NCBI GenBank assembly: GCA_017456905.1
Contig: JAFTIL010000027.1
Coordinates: forward strand, 22,352 to 86,351
Length of the DNA stretch: 64,000 nt
Source of the DNA: Clostridia bacterium
Lineage (GTDB): Bacteria > Bacillota > Clostridia > Oscillospirales > CAG-272
Reading direction: 5' to 3'
How positions within the stretch are numbered: position 1 is the stretch's first letter; each line of letters starts with the position of its first letter. Below are positions 34,771-43,277 of the stretch, one piece after another. Both the position numbers and the translations under genes were made by a program. The notes under the pieces were generated by a model. That model worked only from the letters and a program-made list of their open reading frames with translations. It was not told where the DNA came from and searched no databases.

Positions 34771-35071
34771 TTTCGGCATACACACAATTATACAAAATCA
34801 AAATTTTGTATAATAAAGGGAACAATAAATGCATAAATTCGCGTATTTGGGGCCTTCGAGGTGCTTTTTACGGTCCGTATACTGTTTTTCAAGGTTTTAG
34901 GCTTTTTCTTGACGTTGTCAATATGTCCTGTTTTAGCCATCCTAAATTGTTTAATCCTACAAATTAAAATTACTTTTCAAAATCCCTTTTCTTTTTTCAC
35001 GAAATATGTTATAATATTAAAAAGATGCATTGTCTTGATAAGATCATGCTGTTATTAGGAGGATAAAGATT

Positions 35072-35500
35072 ATGGCAATCAAAATGAGAGTTCTTTACGA
35101 GTCCAAGAAAAAAGGTATGGCTCAGGCCGCTTCTGCGATTCAGGCAAAATATGAGCTTCCCGTAAATGCTGTGGACAACCAGATTCCCCCCGCATATTCC
35201 TGCGATCGCGAGCGTATCGTTATCATCGCTGTGAGTGCTAAGAATGATGTCAGTGACGCTGTCCGTCGTTTCTGTGGTGAATTCAAGAAGGAGCGCGCTG
35301 CTAACGTTGCCGTTCTGGTAGACGGTAATCAGGCTGTGGTGGATAAGCTGTCCGAGGTCATTTCCGGCGCAGGCACCAACCTCGTTGGTACCAAGCTCAT
35401 CAATCTGGGCGGTTTCGGTCCTTTCGGCGGCGGTCTCTCCGAGGAGCTGAAGGCTGAGCTTTTGGCTTGGGTCGAAGAGCTGATTGCTAACTGCAAATAA
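35072..35500 (+). CDS. hypothetical protein (flavodoxin-like fold suspected)
   Basis: 142 aa with AGGAGGA RBS and alternating beta/alpha-looking hydrophobic pattern. I recognise no motif. Confidence 0.5.
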   Translation: MAIKMRVLYESKKKGMAQAASAIQAKYELPVNAVDNQIPPAYSCDRERIVIIAVSAKNDVSDAVRRFCGEFKKERAANVAVLVDGNQAVVDKLSEVISGAGTNLVGTKLINLGGFGPFGGGLSEELKAELLAWVEELIANCK

Positions 35501-35635
35501 TCACGATGTAACAATACCGAACAATACATAGCTCAGCGGGACACATGATGCTCTCTTGTGTCCCGCTGAAACTAATTCCCCACAATTATACAAAATCTTT
35601 TTAATATAAGAAGTGAGAAAAATTTTCTAAATCTA

Positions 35636-35665
35636 TTGACAAACGGCGGTATTTTGTGATATACT
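35636..35665 (+). promoter_or_regulatory. promoter of the two-tRNA operon
   Basis: TTGACA, 18-nt spacer, TATACT, about 30 nt before the first tRNA. Confidence 0.5.
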
Positions 35666-35698
35666 ATATGTCGCGTTCGATCAGTTTTCCTCACATGA

Positions 35699-35775
35699 GG
35701 GCCATTAGCTCAGTTGGTCAGAGCTACCGGCTCATAACCGGTTGGTCCAAGGTTCGAGCCCTTGATGGCCCACCA
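35699..35775 (+). tRNA. tRNA with anticodon CAT (elongator Met, or lysidine-type Ile2)
   Basis: Clean cloverleaf: acceptor GGGCCAT/ATGGCCC, D stem GCTC/GAGC, anticodon stem ACCGG/CCGGT with loop CTCATAA, T stem CAAGG/CCTTG with loop TTCGAGC, encoded CCA. It lacks the initiator features (no 1-72 mismatch, no GGG/CCC anticodon stem). Confidence 0.9.
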
Positions 35776-35831
35776 TAGGCGGATCAAGCGCCATACTTCC
35801 CCGACGATACCGTCGGGGAAAAGTTTTATCT

Positions 35832-35906
35832 GCCTCCATAGTTAAATGGATATAACAGCCCCCTCCTAAGGGGCAGTTGTGAGTTCGATTCTCGCTGGGG
35901 GTGCCA
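35832..35906 (+). tRNA. tRNA-Arg (anticodon CCT)
   Basis: Acceptor GCCTCCA/TGGGGGT (two G-T wobbles), D stem GTTA/TAAC, anticodon stem GCCCC/GGGGC with loop CTCCTAA, T stem GTGAG/CTCGC with loop TTCGATT, encoded CCA. Confidence 0.8.
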
Positions 35907-35947
35907 AAACAGCCTATGAGTCCTTTAGGAATCATAGGCTGTTTTTG
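35907..35947 (+). terminator. rho-independent terminator after the tRNA pair
   Basis: AAACAGCCTATGA...TCATAGGCTGTTTTTG. Confidence 0.75.
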
Positions 35948-35984
35948 TATTCCCACGTATTGAAACCATCAATCTTGAAAAATG

Positions 35985-36031
35985 AAAAAAGCACTCAATA
36001 TACACCGTAAAACGGGATATTGAGTGCTTTT
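35985..36031 (-). terminator. terminator after the DUF2079 gene (bidirectional shape)
   Basis: AAAAGCACTCAATAT...ATATTGAGTGCTTTT is a 15-bp stem with A/T runs on both sides. Confidence 0.7.
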
Positions 36032-36034
36032 CCA

Positions 36035-37900
36035 TTAACCTTCCGCCTTTTCCAAAATCAACAGCATCCCCTTATGCTCCGCCTTGACCACGTAGCCCTG
36101 GTCAAGGTAAGCATTGAGCTGCTCTTCGTCAATGGAATAACGGGCATCGAAGATCACGTAGTCGGTATCTCCCACGTTGCCGTGGTAGCGAAGCTCGTAG
36201 ACCTCCTCGCGGTCAGCCACATGAGCCAGCAGGAAAGAGGAACAAGTCACAGAAGCATCCTCGGGAATGGTGTCCAGGATCTCATCCATTTTTTGATAGG
36301 TGTCCTTCCCTGCTTCCCATCTGTCGGTGTAGGTGGTGTATTTGGGAAGAACGGAAACCAGGTACATACAGCAACAGGCTGCAGCGGCAAAGCTCAGCAT
36401 GATCCTGCGGTTAGGAAGGTGCATTTCGGGCAGATTGATGATAGCCACATACACAAGGAAGGCAATGATGCCGAAATGATACTGGAACCCGATGTCGTAC
36501 TGGTACTGATAGTTGGTAAGCAGGTTCATGAGCACAGGTACGATGAGTAGCCAGCGGGACACCTTCTTGGTGCAGAACGGCAAAAGTCCCAAGGGCAGGA
36601 ACATCTGGAAGAAATACATAAACTTTTCCCAGCCGCTCTTTGAGGTGGTAAACAACTGGGTCAGAAGATATCCGGGGTTGACCAGTGCTGTTTTAATAAC
36701 ACCGATGAGCCCCTCGGCCGAGTCAAAGATCAGATTGTTAAATCGATTGATCATGGGTCCGCTGATGGCAGGATTGGGGGTGGCATTGGCGTAAATTTCG
36801 GCGTAGTGGGCGCTGGTGGCCTGCAGAATGGCCAAGGCGATGCCGAAATAGGCCAAAGACCCTGCCATAAGAATACCGCCGTGTAGGAATTTTTTCTTTG
36901 ACAGCAAGACAAACAGGGCGAACAGAATCACGTAGATCGCCGCATCCTCCTTGACCATGAGGGTCAAAAAGGCGAAAAGATACATGAAGGGATATTTCTC
37001 ACGCTCGAAGAAATAGAACATCCACAAAAGCAGAGGCGTGAGGAAGCAGTTCTCGTGAATATCGTAGAAACAGCCTGCCGAGAGCGCGGGATAAAGAGCA
37101 TAGATGAGGGTCACCAGCATGGTCACCTTCCCCGACAGCTTGAAATGGCGACACAAAAGCATGACGGGAACAACGCCCGAAGCCAACACCACAGCCTGTC
37201 CGATCTGAAGGGTCATGGGCGAAGGAAAAATGAAATAGAAAGGCAGAAGCACGTAGTAGATGGGAGAAATATGCACGACGAAGTGGGACAGGAGCACGTC
37301 ACGCTCTGCGGTGGACAGCGGGAGGCCCGTCTCCTTCATGTTATGGAACATATTGACAAACAGACCAAAGTCAAAATTAGGCGACGAGAAGGTCAGATAG
37401 CGGCAGCAGGTAATGGCGGCAATGACAAAACCGCTGAACACACCGCAAAGGATAACCACTGTCCAGACGGTTCTTTTGCCGGGATTCCACTTCTGCCACA
37501 AGAGGTCGTTTCGTTGAACGAAATAGACCACAAACAGACCGTAAATGACGATGACCGCCATCATAAATAAAAATTGATTTTTGCTGTTGTTATAGACCGA
37601 AAGCCAACGTGCGACACAGATAGTGGCGGCTGTCATGAGAAACCACGTGTCACTTTCGTATTCGTTTACGAGAATGTTGATAATGGAATAGATAGCAAAG
37701 AACAAGGCAGTCATCAGAAAAACGCGGATCATGGATGTGTCCTGAGCAAAGGAAAGCTTAAAGAAATCTCCTTCGGCAGTAAACAGATTGATAGCAGCAA
37801 AGCTACACCAAGCGGCAATCAGGCGACAGATGACCCGTTCCCAGGTAAAAGCGGGACGGACATTTTGATTAAAGTGATTCGTTGAATTTTTAGATTCCAT
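36035..37900 (-). CDS. DUF2079 family polytopic membrane protein (GT-C-like putative glycosyltransferase), paralogue A
   Basis: About 13 TM segments plus a C-terminal soluble domain (IPEDASVTCSSFLLAHVADREEVYEL...DTDYVIFD). It aligns by eye with the 53079 gene (IPKDASVTASSRLLPPLADREQVYIL...DTDYVVLD). Confidence 0.65.
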   Translation of the reverse strand: MESKNSTNHFNQNVRPAFTWERVICRLIAAWCSFAAINLFTAEGDFFKLSFAQDTSMIRVFLMTALFFAIYSIINILVNEYESDTWFLMTAATICVARWLSVYNNSKNQFLFMMAVIVIYGLFVVYFVQRNDLLWQKWNPGKRTVWTVVILCGVFSGFVIAAITCCRYLTFSSPNFDFGLFVNMFHNMKETGLPLSTAERDVLLSHFVVHISPIYYVLLPFYFIFPSPMTLQIGQAVVLASGVVPVMLLCRHFKLSGKVTMLVTLIYALYPALSAGCFYDIHENCFLTPLLLWMFYFFEREKYPFMYLFAFLTLMVKEDAAIYVILFALFVLLSKKKFLHGGILMAGSLAYFGIALAILQATSAHYAEIYANATPNPAISGPMINRFNNLIFDSAEGLIGVIKTALVNPGYLLTQLFTTSKSGWEKFMYFFQMFLPLGLLPFCTKKVSRWLLIVPVLMNLLTNYQYQYDIGFQYHFGIIAFLVYVAIINLPEMHLPNRRIMLSFAAAACCCMYLVSVLPKYTTYTDRWEAGKDTYQKMDEILDTIPEDASVTCSSFLLAHVADREEVYELRYHGNVGDTDYVIFDARYSIDEEQLNAYLDQGYVVKAEHKGMLLILEKAEG

Positions 37901-38014
37901 ATACGGCTCCATTTCTGGATGATTGATACTTTATTATATACTAAAAGCTTCCTTATGTCAAGAGAAACATGGATAAATCAGGGCAGATCCGCCTGCCTGT
38001 CCCTTTAAAGTCAT

Positions 38015-39343
38015 TTACAGCCCTCGCTGTCGCAAATTCGACACAAGTCCCACGTAGAGCTCGCGCACGTCAAATCCGGGAATGTTTTCGCGGTTGAGGT
38101 CGATCATATCTCCGTGAGAGATACCGCGCTTACCTTCGGTGGTGATAAATGTATAGGTGTCCCCCCAGGCAAAGGAGTCTTCTCCCACGAGACCGTCGTT
38201 GGCGCCGTCATAATATTTGACAAAACGGTAGGAAAGATTCAGCGGAAATTGACCGCCCGTGGCTTTGTTGAGCTTGGAACCAAAGCTTTGTCTGACGATG
38301 GGGTCAGGTACCGCCAGCTCCTTGTCGAAGATCTCACAAGCAGAAGCAGTCAGGTCCGAAATGGCAGCAAGGAAATCAGGGCTTTCGTCACCCAACTTTT
38401 TGAGAGTGGTGTTGTAAACGCTTGCGACCTTTTCTTGCACGGAAGCAGGAGCAAAGTTCAGCAGACGATCTGCAAAAACACATCCGCGATGCGGGGTGTT
38501 GATGGTGGTGAGAGAAGCCACGTAAGGCGCCATTCCCAGTTTGGCGATAGCATAACGGCTGTCCAGGCCGCCCTTGGAATGGGCAATGATATTGAGTTTT
38601 TCACAGCCTGTTTCTTCCACAATGGTCAGGATACGCTCTTTCAGCTCAACGGCGCTGTCAGCAATGGGACGCGCTGACTGATGTTCCCCATAATAGACTT
38701 TAGCACCGTTACACTCCAGCTCCTTGGGGATACGTCCCCAATAATTGAACCGCTTGGAATCACGGAAAAACGCGCCGTGGACGAACAGAATGGGGTATTT
38801 GGTAGCGCAGACCTTTTGGTCGGCTCTTTCTTTGTTCAGCACTTCCCTGCTGATCTCAAAGCTTACCTCCTCCGTGACGGTGCCGATGATAATGTTCAGC
38901 ACCACGAGGTTAGCGATGGGGATCATACCGCAGACGGCACCGATCACGCGCCATCGAATACCCAACTGCACCGAGGAACAGTAAACGCTGATAATCCCCG
39001 CCCAAAAGACAAAGGCCGACACGCAGATGCACATCACGGCACTCCAGACGATCACCATATAATCCCCCCGCAGGTAAAGTATGAGCAGAACCACGTGATA
39101 AATCACGGACGGGATCAGCGACAGCGCGAACATTGTCAAGAGATTTGCGCCAAAGCGACAAAAGATCAGCCGAACCGTGGTAGTTTTCAGCCTTGTTCTG
39201 AAGGATAGGAGTATGATGATCAAAAAAACGGCAATCACAGCCGCCAGCGTCACGGGATACGTGCGAATGAGCAGATAGCCGTTGGCGACCACGGTCAAAA
39301 AACAGGCCAAAATCATATTGAGGGGGCTCAAGGCTTTTTTCAT
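38015..39343 (-). CDS. membrane-anchored alpha/beta-hydrolase (lipase/esterase)
   Basis: About 5 N-terminal TM segments, then ILFVHGAFF and the nucleophile elbow IIAHSKGG (GxSxG type). ATG 39343 has AAAGGAGG upstream. Confidence 0.7.
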   Translation of the reverse strand: MKKALSPLNMILACFLTVVANGYLLIRTYPVTLAAVIAVFLIIILLSFRTRLKTTTVRLIFCRFGANLLTMFALSLIPSVIYHVVLLILYLRGDYMVIVWSAVMCICVSAFVFWAGIISVYCSSVQLGIRWRVIGAVCGMIPIANLVVLNIIIGTVTEEVSFEISREVLNKERADQKVCATKYPILFVHGAFFRDSKRFNYWGRIPKELECNGAKVYYGEHQSARPIADSAVELKERILTIVEETGCEKLNIIAHSKGGLDSRYAIAKLGMAPYVASLTTINTPHRGCVFADRLLNFAPASVQEKVASVYNTTLKKLGDESPDFLAAISDLTASACEIFDKELAVPDPIVRQSFGSKLNKATGGQFPLNLSYRFVKYYDGANDGLVGEDSFAWGDTYTFITTEGKRGISHGDMIDLNRENIPGFDVRELYVGLVSNLRQRGL

Positions 39344-39432
39344 GACAGCCTCCTTTGATATTTTATGTGTATATTGTACCATATAATGAGAAAAAACGCA
39401 AGCCAAAAATATGGTGGTTTGCGTTTTTTTGT

Positions 39433-39457
39433 TGGCGCGGTGTAGGGACTCGAACCC
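39433..39457 (-). pseudogene. tRNA-Arg 3-prime fragment (T-loop to CCA only)
   Basis: Minus strand GGGTTCGAGTCCCTACACCGCGCCA matches the 3-prime end of the intact tRNA-Arg at 39617-39642 apart from a 1-nt indel. No 5-prime acceptor, D or anticodon arm can be drawn upstream. Confidence 0.7.
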
Positions 39458-39580
39458 ACACCTCGCCGCTTAGCGGCAAGCTGGTCATGTTGCTATCCGC
39501 TCCTTCGTCGCTGCAGATAAATCATTTCTTGTTCATTTGGCAACCTGAACGGAGCTTCTCATCCCAAACACAACAGCAAC

Positions 39581-39614
39581 AAAAAAGCCCGAGGCTATTG
39601 CCTCGGGCTTTTTT
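39581..39614 (-). terminator. terminator immediately after tRNA-Arg(ACG)
   Basis: AAAAAAGCCCGAGG-ctattg-CCTCGGGCTTTTTT. Confidence 0.75.
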
Positions 39615-39616
39615 GT

Positions 39617-39693
39617 TGGCGCGGTGTAAGGGACTCGAACCCCCGACCTACTGGTTCGTAGCCAGGCACTCTATCCAGCTGAGCTAACACCGC
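39617..39693 (-). tRNA. tRNA-Arg (anticodon ACG)
   Basis: Minus strand GCGGTGTTAGCTCAGCTGGATAGAGTGCCTGGCTACGAACCAGTAGGTCGGGGGTTCGAGTCCCTTACACCGCGCCA. The D arm and anticodon loop CTACGAA match those of E. coli tRNA-Arg(ACG). There is one C-T mismatch at the top of the anticodon stem. Confidence 0.85.
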
Positions 39694-39714
39694 AGGGTGC
39701 TCTCCTGAGCACTC

Positions 39715-39743
39715 GTGTATTATATCACAACACTTTCGGTTTG
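39715..39743 (-). promoter_or_regulatory. promoter of tRNA-Arg(ACG)
   Basis: Minus strand reads TTGACA, 17-nt spacer, TATAAT. Coordinates are approximate. Confidence 0.45.
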
Positions 39744-39835
39744 TCAAGAGGGTTTTGAAAAAAAGTTCAAAAATTTTTATGAGAAAACAATATGTGGAAT
39801 TATGATGAAATAATTATCGCAATATGTGGGATACC

Positions 39836-39864
39836 ACTTGAAATCATGCGAATTTTCTGCTATA
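39836..39864 (+). promoter_or_regulatory. promoter upstream of the HAD-murB-whiA run
   Basis: TTGAAA, 17-nt spacer, TATAAT. Confidence 0.45.
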
Positions 39865-39935
39865 ATATTATAATGTATAGTTGTATCATGAGATTACTGC
39901 GCCCAAGCGCATAGCATATATTAGGAGTAAGAACC

Positions 39936-40622
39936 ATGCCTTATAAAATCGCCCTTATGGATGCTGACAATACCCTGTTGGATTTCACCCGCTCAGAGCA
40001 CGATGCCCTTTGCGAGTGTCTTGTTGCGAGAGGCATCCCCACCCGTCAAGAGATCATCGACAGATATTCAAAGATCAACGACGATCACTGGAAAATGCTG
40101 GAACGAGGAGAGATTACTCGCGAATATCTCCGTATCAACCGCTTTGCTCAATTTTTCAAGGAATATGGCCTGGACCACGATCCAACGAACATGGCTAACG
40201 ATTATCTGATGGCTCTGTCTACCAAGTCTTATCTGTTGGACGGTGCCCTTGAGCTATGCCAACACCTGTACGGCCGTTGCCGCTTGTTTATCATTACCAA
40301 CGGTAACACCTTCGTACAAAAGGGCCGCTTTGATCCCTGCCCCATCGCTCCTCTGGTTGAAAACTGTTTTATTTCTGAAGAATTGGGATGTTCAAAGCCC
40401 GAAAAAGCCTATTTCGATATCGTATCTGACATGATCCCAGGGTTTGACCCGAGAGAGACCATCGTCGTAGGTGATTCTCTCACGTCGGACATTCAAGGCG
40501 GGATCAACGCAGGTCTTGACACCTGTTGGTTCAATCCCCAAAGCAAGCCTCTGCCGAAGCACATCCCCGCAACTTATGTGGCGCAAAGCTTTTCCGAGAT
40601 TGAAAAGATCATTTTAGACTGA
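39936..40622 (+). CDS. HAD-IA family hydrolase (YjjG-like nucleotidase)
   Basis: Motif I MDADNTLLDF, motif II ITNG, motif IV VGDSLTSDIQGGINAG. Confidence 0.75.
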   Translation: MPYKIALMDADNTLLDFTRSEHDALCECLVARGIPTRQEIIDRYSKINDDHWKMLERGEITREYLRINRFAQFFKEYGLDHDPTNMANDYLMALSTKSYLLDGALELCQHLYGRCRLFIITNGNTFVQKGRFDPCPIAPLVENCFISEELGCSKPEKAYFDIVSDMIPGFDPRETIVVGDSLTSDIQGGINAGLDTCWFNPQSKPLPKHIPATYVAQSFSEIEKIILD

Positions 40623-40638
40623 CAAAAGGAGAGACTTC

Positions 40639-41613
40639 ATGTCTACGCCAACCTATTTATACCCATATATGGACTTCTTGGAGGCTCTTTCCTCCATCAG
40701 TCCGTCCCTGTCCTTTGACGAGCCGCTTTCAAAGCATACCACCTTTCGTGTGGGAGGTCCTGCATCCATTACAGTGTCTCCTCAAAGCCGAGAAGAGCTG
40801 GTCAAGGTCTTTGAACTGGTAAAGCGGATGACCCCGTCCCTGCCTATTTGCCTTTTGGGTAAGGGAAGTAACGTTGTTTTCGATGACGAAGGCTACGGGG
40901 GTCTCGTGATCTTTACCTCAGGTATGCAAAACGTCAATTTCCATTCTGCCGATGAAGAAGGCTACACCAACGTTACTGCGGAATGCGGTGCTTCGTTGAC
41001 CGTATTGTCAAGACAATGCGCCACCGAAGGACGCTCCCTGGAAGGTCTTGCCTTTGCGTACGGTATCCCCGGAACCATTGGCGGTGCTATTGTCATGAAC
41101 GCAGGCGCCTTTGGAGGAGAAATATCCGACATTGTCCACTCCGTTGATTATTATGATCCCCAAACGGGTGATATCATAACCGCCGATAAAGAAGACCTCC
41201 ATTTTGCCTACCGTCATTCACTATTTACAGAGCATCCCGAATACGTCGTTCTGTCCACGACCCTTCGCATGAAAGAAGGTGTCAATGAGATCATCGTTGA
41301 CCAAATGGCGGCAAACATGACAACACGCCGCCTAAAGCAGCCTGTAGAACTCCCCAACGCGGGAAGCGTTTTCAAACGTCCCGAAGGGTATTTTGCAGGA
41401 AAGCTCATTGAAGACAGCGGTCTAAAGGGCTTCCGCATCGGCGGTGCACAGGTATCCGAGAAGCACGCAGGCTTCATCGTTAATACGGGCGATGCCACGG
41501 CAGAGGATATCAAGTCACTGGTAGCGCACGTAGCTCATGTAGTAAAGGTCAACTTTGGCGTGACCTTGGAAAGAGAGATCCGTTATATCACAACCAAGCG
41601 AAACGGAGATTAA
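40639..41613 (+). CDS. murB: UDP-N-acetylenolpyruvoylglucosamine reductase
   Basis: LSKHTTFRVGGPA, GKGSNVVF, GIPGTIGGAIVMNAGAFGGEI, NAGSVFKRP. Confidence 0.9.
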   Translation: MSTPTYLYPYMDFLEALSSISPSLSFDEPLSKHTTFRVGGPASITVSPQSREELVKVFELVKRMTPSLPICLLGKGSNVVFDDEGYGGLVIFTSGMQNVNFHSADEEGYTNVTAECGASLTVLSRQCATEGRSLEGLAFAYGIPGTIGGAIVMNAGAFGGEISDIVHSVDYYDPQTGDIITADKEDLHFAYRHSLFTEHPEYVVLSTTLRMKEGVNEIIVDQMAANMTTRRLKQPVELPNAGSVFKRPEGYFAGKLIEDSGLKGFRIGGAQVSEKHAGFIVNTGDATAEDIKSLVAHVAHVVKVNFGVTLEREIRYITTKRNGD

Positions 41614-41615
41614 AA

Positions 41616-42557
41616 ATGTCCTATTGCACTCAAATAAAAGATGAACTGGTTTCCCATACACCCAAAAACACCTGCTGTCGGAAATCTCTTTTATACGGTC
41701 TTTTGTATGGTTCACAGTTGCCTGCAGTACGGGGGGATGGCTTGCTTTTAAAATATCCTCTTCCTGCGAAAACGACGGAGAATCACGCAGCCTTCATTTC
41801 CGATCTGTTTCAGAATCAGTATCGTCTCTCTCCTGAGATCACTTTTGAAACACGGGGCGCTCACCGTTACCTCAACGTTCGCTATCATCACAAGCAGATA
41901 TTAAAAACGCTGGCCCTCCTCTCAGAAGCCACTGAAGCCAATCAGGAAAGGCTGGCGGAGCTCTTGGGACTTCGCTGTGCTGAATGTACTTCCAATTTCG
42001 TACGGGGCGTGTTTCTGGCATCAGGCACGGTAAACGACCCGCAAAAATCCTACCACTTGGAGGTCAAGACCCCAGCAGACGGACGGGCAGATCTTCTCTG
42101 CTCCCTGTTCATGAACATCGACTCCATGCCCGGCAGTACGCGGAGAAGCGGCGACGTTGGCTTTATCTGGAAAAGCGGAGCCGCTGTGGTAGAGCTTCTT
42201 AACTTCATGGGCGCAACGACAGGTGTTTTCGATATTCTCAACACCCAAGTGGAGCGCGAGATCAAAAACAACGAGAACCGTGCCACCAACTGTGACACGA
42301 GAAACATCGAGCGCTCCATGTCTGCGGCTGCAAAATATATCAGTGCCATTGAATATCTTGCAGAACATCATTTGCTGGATTCCCTGCCCCCCGATCTTCA
42401 GGCAACAGCCAAGCTTCGTATCGGCCACCCCGAGGTAAGCCTTCGAGAGCTGGCCGAGCTTCATAATCCCGCCATCACAAAATCCGGACTGAATCACCGC
42501 CTTGAGAAGATCATGGCCATATACGAAAACATTAAAAATCCTGCATCACAAGCATAA
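41616..42557 (+). CDS. whiA: DNA-binding sporulation/cell-division regulator WhiA
   Basis: MSYCTQIKDEL...CCRKSLLYGLL N-terminus, LAGLIDADG-like middle region, and a C-terminal HTH (SLRELAELHNPAITKSGLNHRLEKI). Confidence 0.85.
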   Translation: MSYCTQIKDELVSHTPKNTCCRKSLLYGLLYGSQLPAVRGDGLLLKYPLPAKTTENHAAFISDLFQNQYRLSPEITFETRGAHRYLNVRYHHKQILKTLALLSEATEANQERLAELLGLRCAECTSNFVRGVFLASGTVNDPQKSYHLEVKTPADGRADLLCSLFMNIDSMPGSTRRSGDVGFIWKSGAAVVELLNFMGATTGVFDILNTQVEREIKNNENRATNCDTRNIERSMSAAAKYISAIEYLAEHHLLDSLPPDLQATAKLRIGHPEVSLRELAELHNPAITKSGLNHRLEKIMAIYENIKNPASQA

Positions 42558-42575
42558 AGAAAGGAAATTTATCTT

Positions 42576-43277
42576 ATGACTTACGTAGTTTCCAACCTTC
42601 ACGGACACCTGGAGGAGTTCAAGCGGCTCCTGGATACCATATGTTTTAGCCAGCGAAGAGACGTCATGTATATTCTCGGCGATATCGTGGACATCGGCCC
42701 CGATTCCATTGAACTCGTCAATGATTTGTCCCTGCGCAGTAATGTTTATCCCATTGCTGGCGAGCATGATTTCAAAGCGGCCAAAATGCTTTCCGGCTAC
42801 GAAAAAATGATGCAAGCCAGACAGAACGGTGAGGCCCCCGATCCCGATTTTGTAGCCGAGTTTACCGCGTGGGTAAGTGAGGGCGGCGCCAAGACCATGG
42901 AGGCCTATCGTGAACTTCCCGATGACGATGCCCGCGAGGGTGTGCTGGACTACCTGTCGGATATGCCCTTTTATGAGGAGATCAGTGTAAACGGCGAGGA
43001 CTATCTCTTGCTTCACTGCGGCATTTACGACTTCACTCCCGACGTGGAGCTTGACTGGCTGGAGCCCGATGACTTTTTCTCCGAGGCTCTTGACCCTACC
43101 GCCAAGTATTTCGAGGATAAGACCATCATCGTCGGCCATACCCCCACCACCGACGGAAACGGTGGTGCAGATCGCATCTTCTACGGTAACGGTACCATCT
43201 TCGTTGATTGCGGATTGGGTCGCGGCGGTCGACTGGGTTGTCTGCGTCTGGAGGACGGAAAGGAATTTTATGTCTGA
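42576..43277 (+). CDS. metallophosphoesterase (PP-family Ser/Thr phosphatase-like)
   Basis: VSNLHGH, ILGDIVDIGPDS, GEHD and VGHTP motifs. Confidence 0.75.
   Translation: MTYVVSNLHGHLEEFKRLLDTICFSQRRDVMYILGDIVDIGPDSIELVNDLSLRSNVYPIAGEHDFKAAKMLSGYEKMMQARQNGEAPDPDFVAEFTAWVSEGGAKTMEAYRELPDDDAREGVLDYLSDMPFYEEISVNGEDYLLLHCGIYDFTPDVELDWLEPDDFFSEALDPTAKYFEDKTIIVGHTPTTDGNGGADRIFYGNGTIFVDCGLGRGGRLGCLRLEDGKEFYV

Noticed and set aside
39433-39520. Possibility that the tRNA-like 3-prime fragment is a full tRNA (long-arm Leu/Ser, tRNA-Sec) or the end of a tmRNA.
   Set aside because: No complementary 5-prime acceptor strand (GCGGTGT) is present, no D arm or 7-nt anticodon loop can be drawn, there is no TCA anticodon context, and the spacer is too short for a tmRNA.
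43051-43269. N-terminal 73-aa extension of the RumA-type methyltransferase ORF in the track.
   Set aside because: The extension overlaps the phosphoesterase gene in another frame and is Pro/Ser-rich. A proper ATG at 43270 begins the recognisable TRAM domain.
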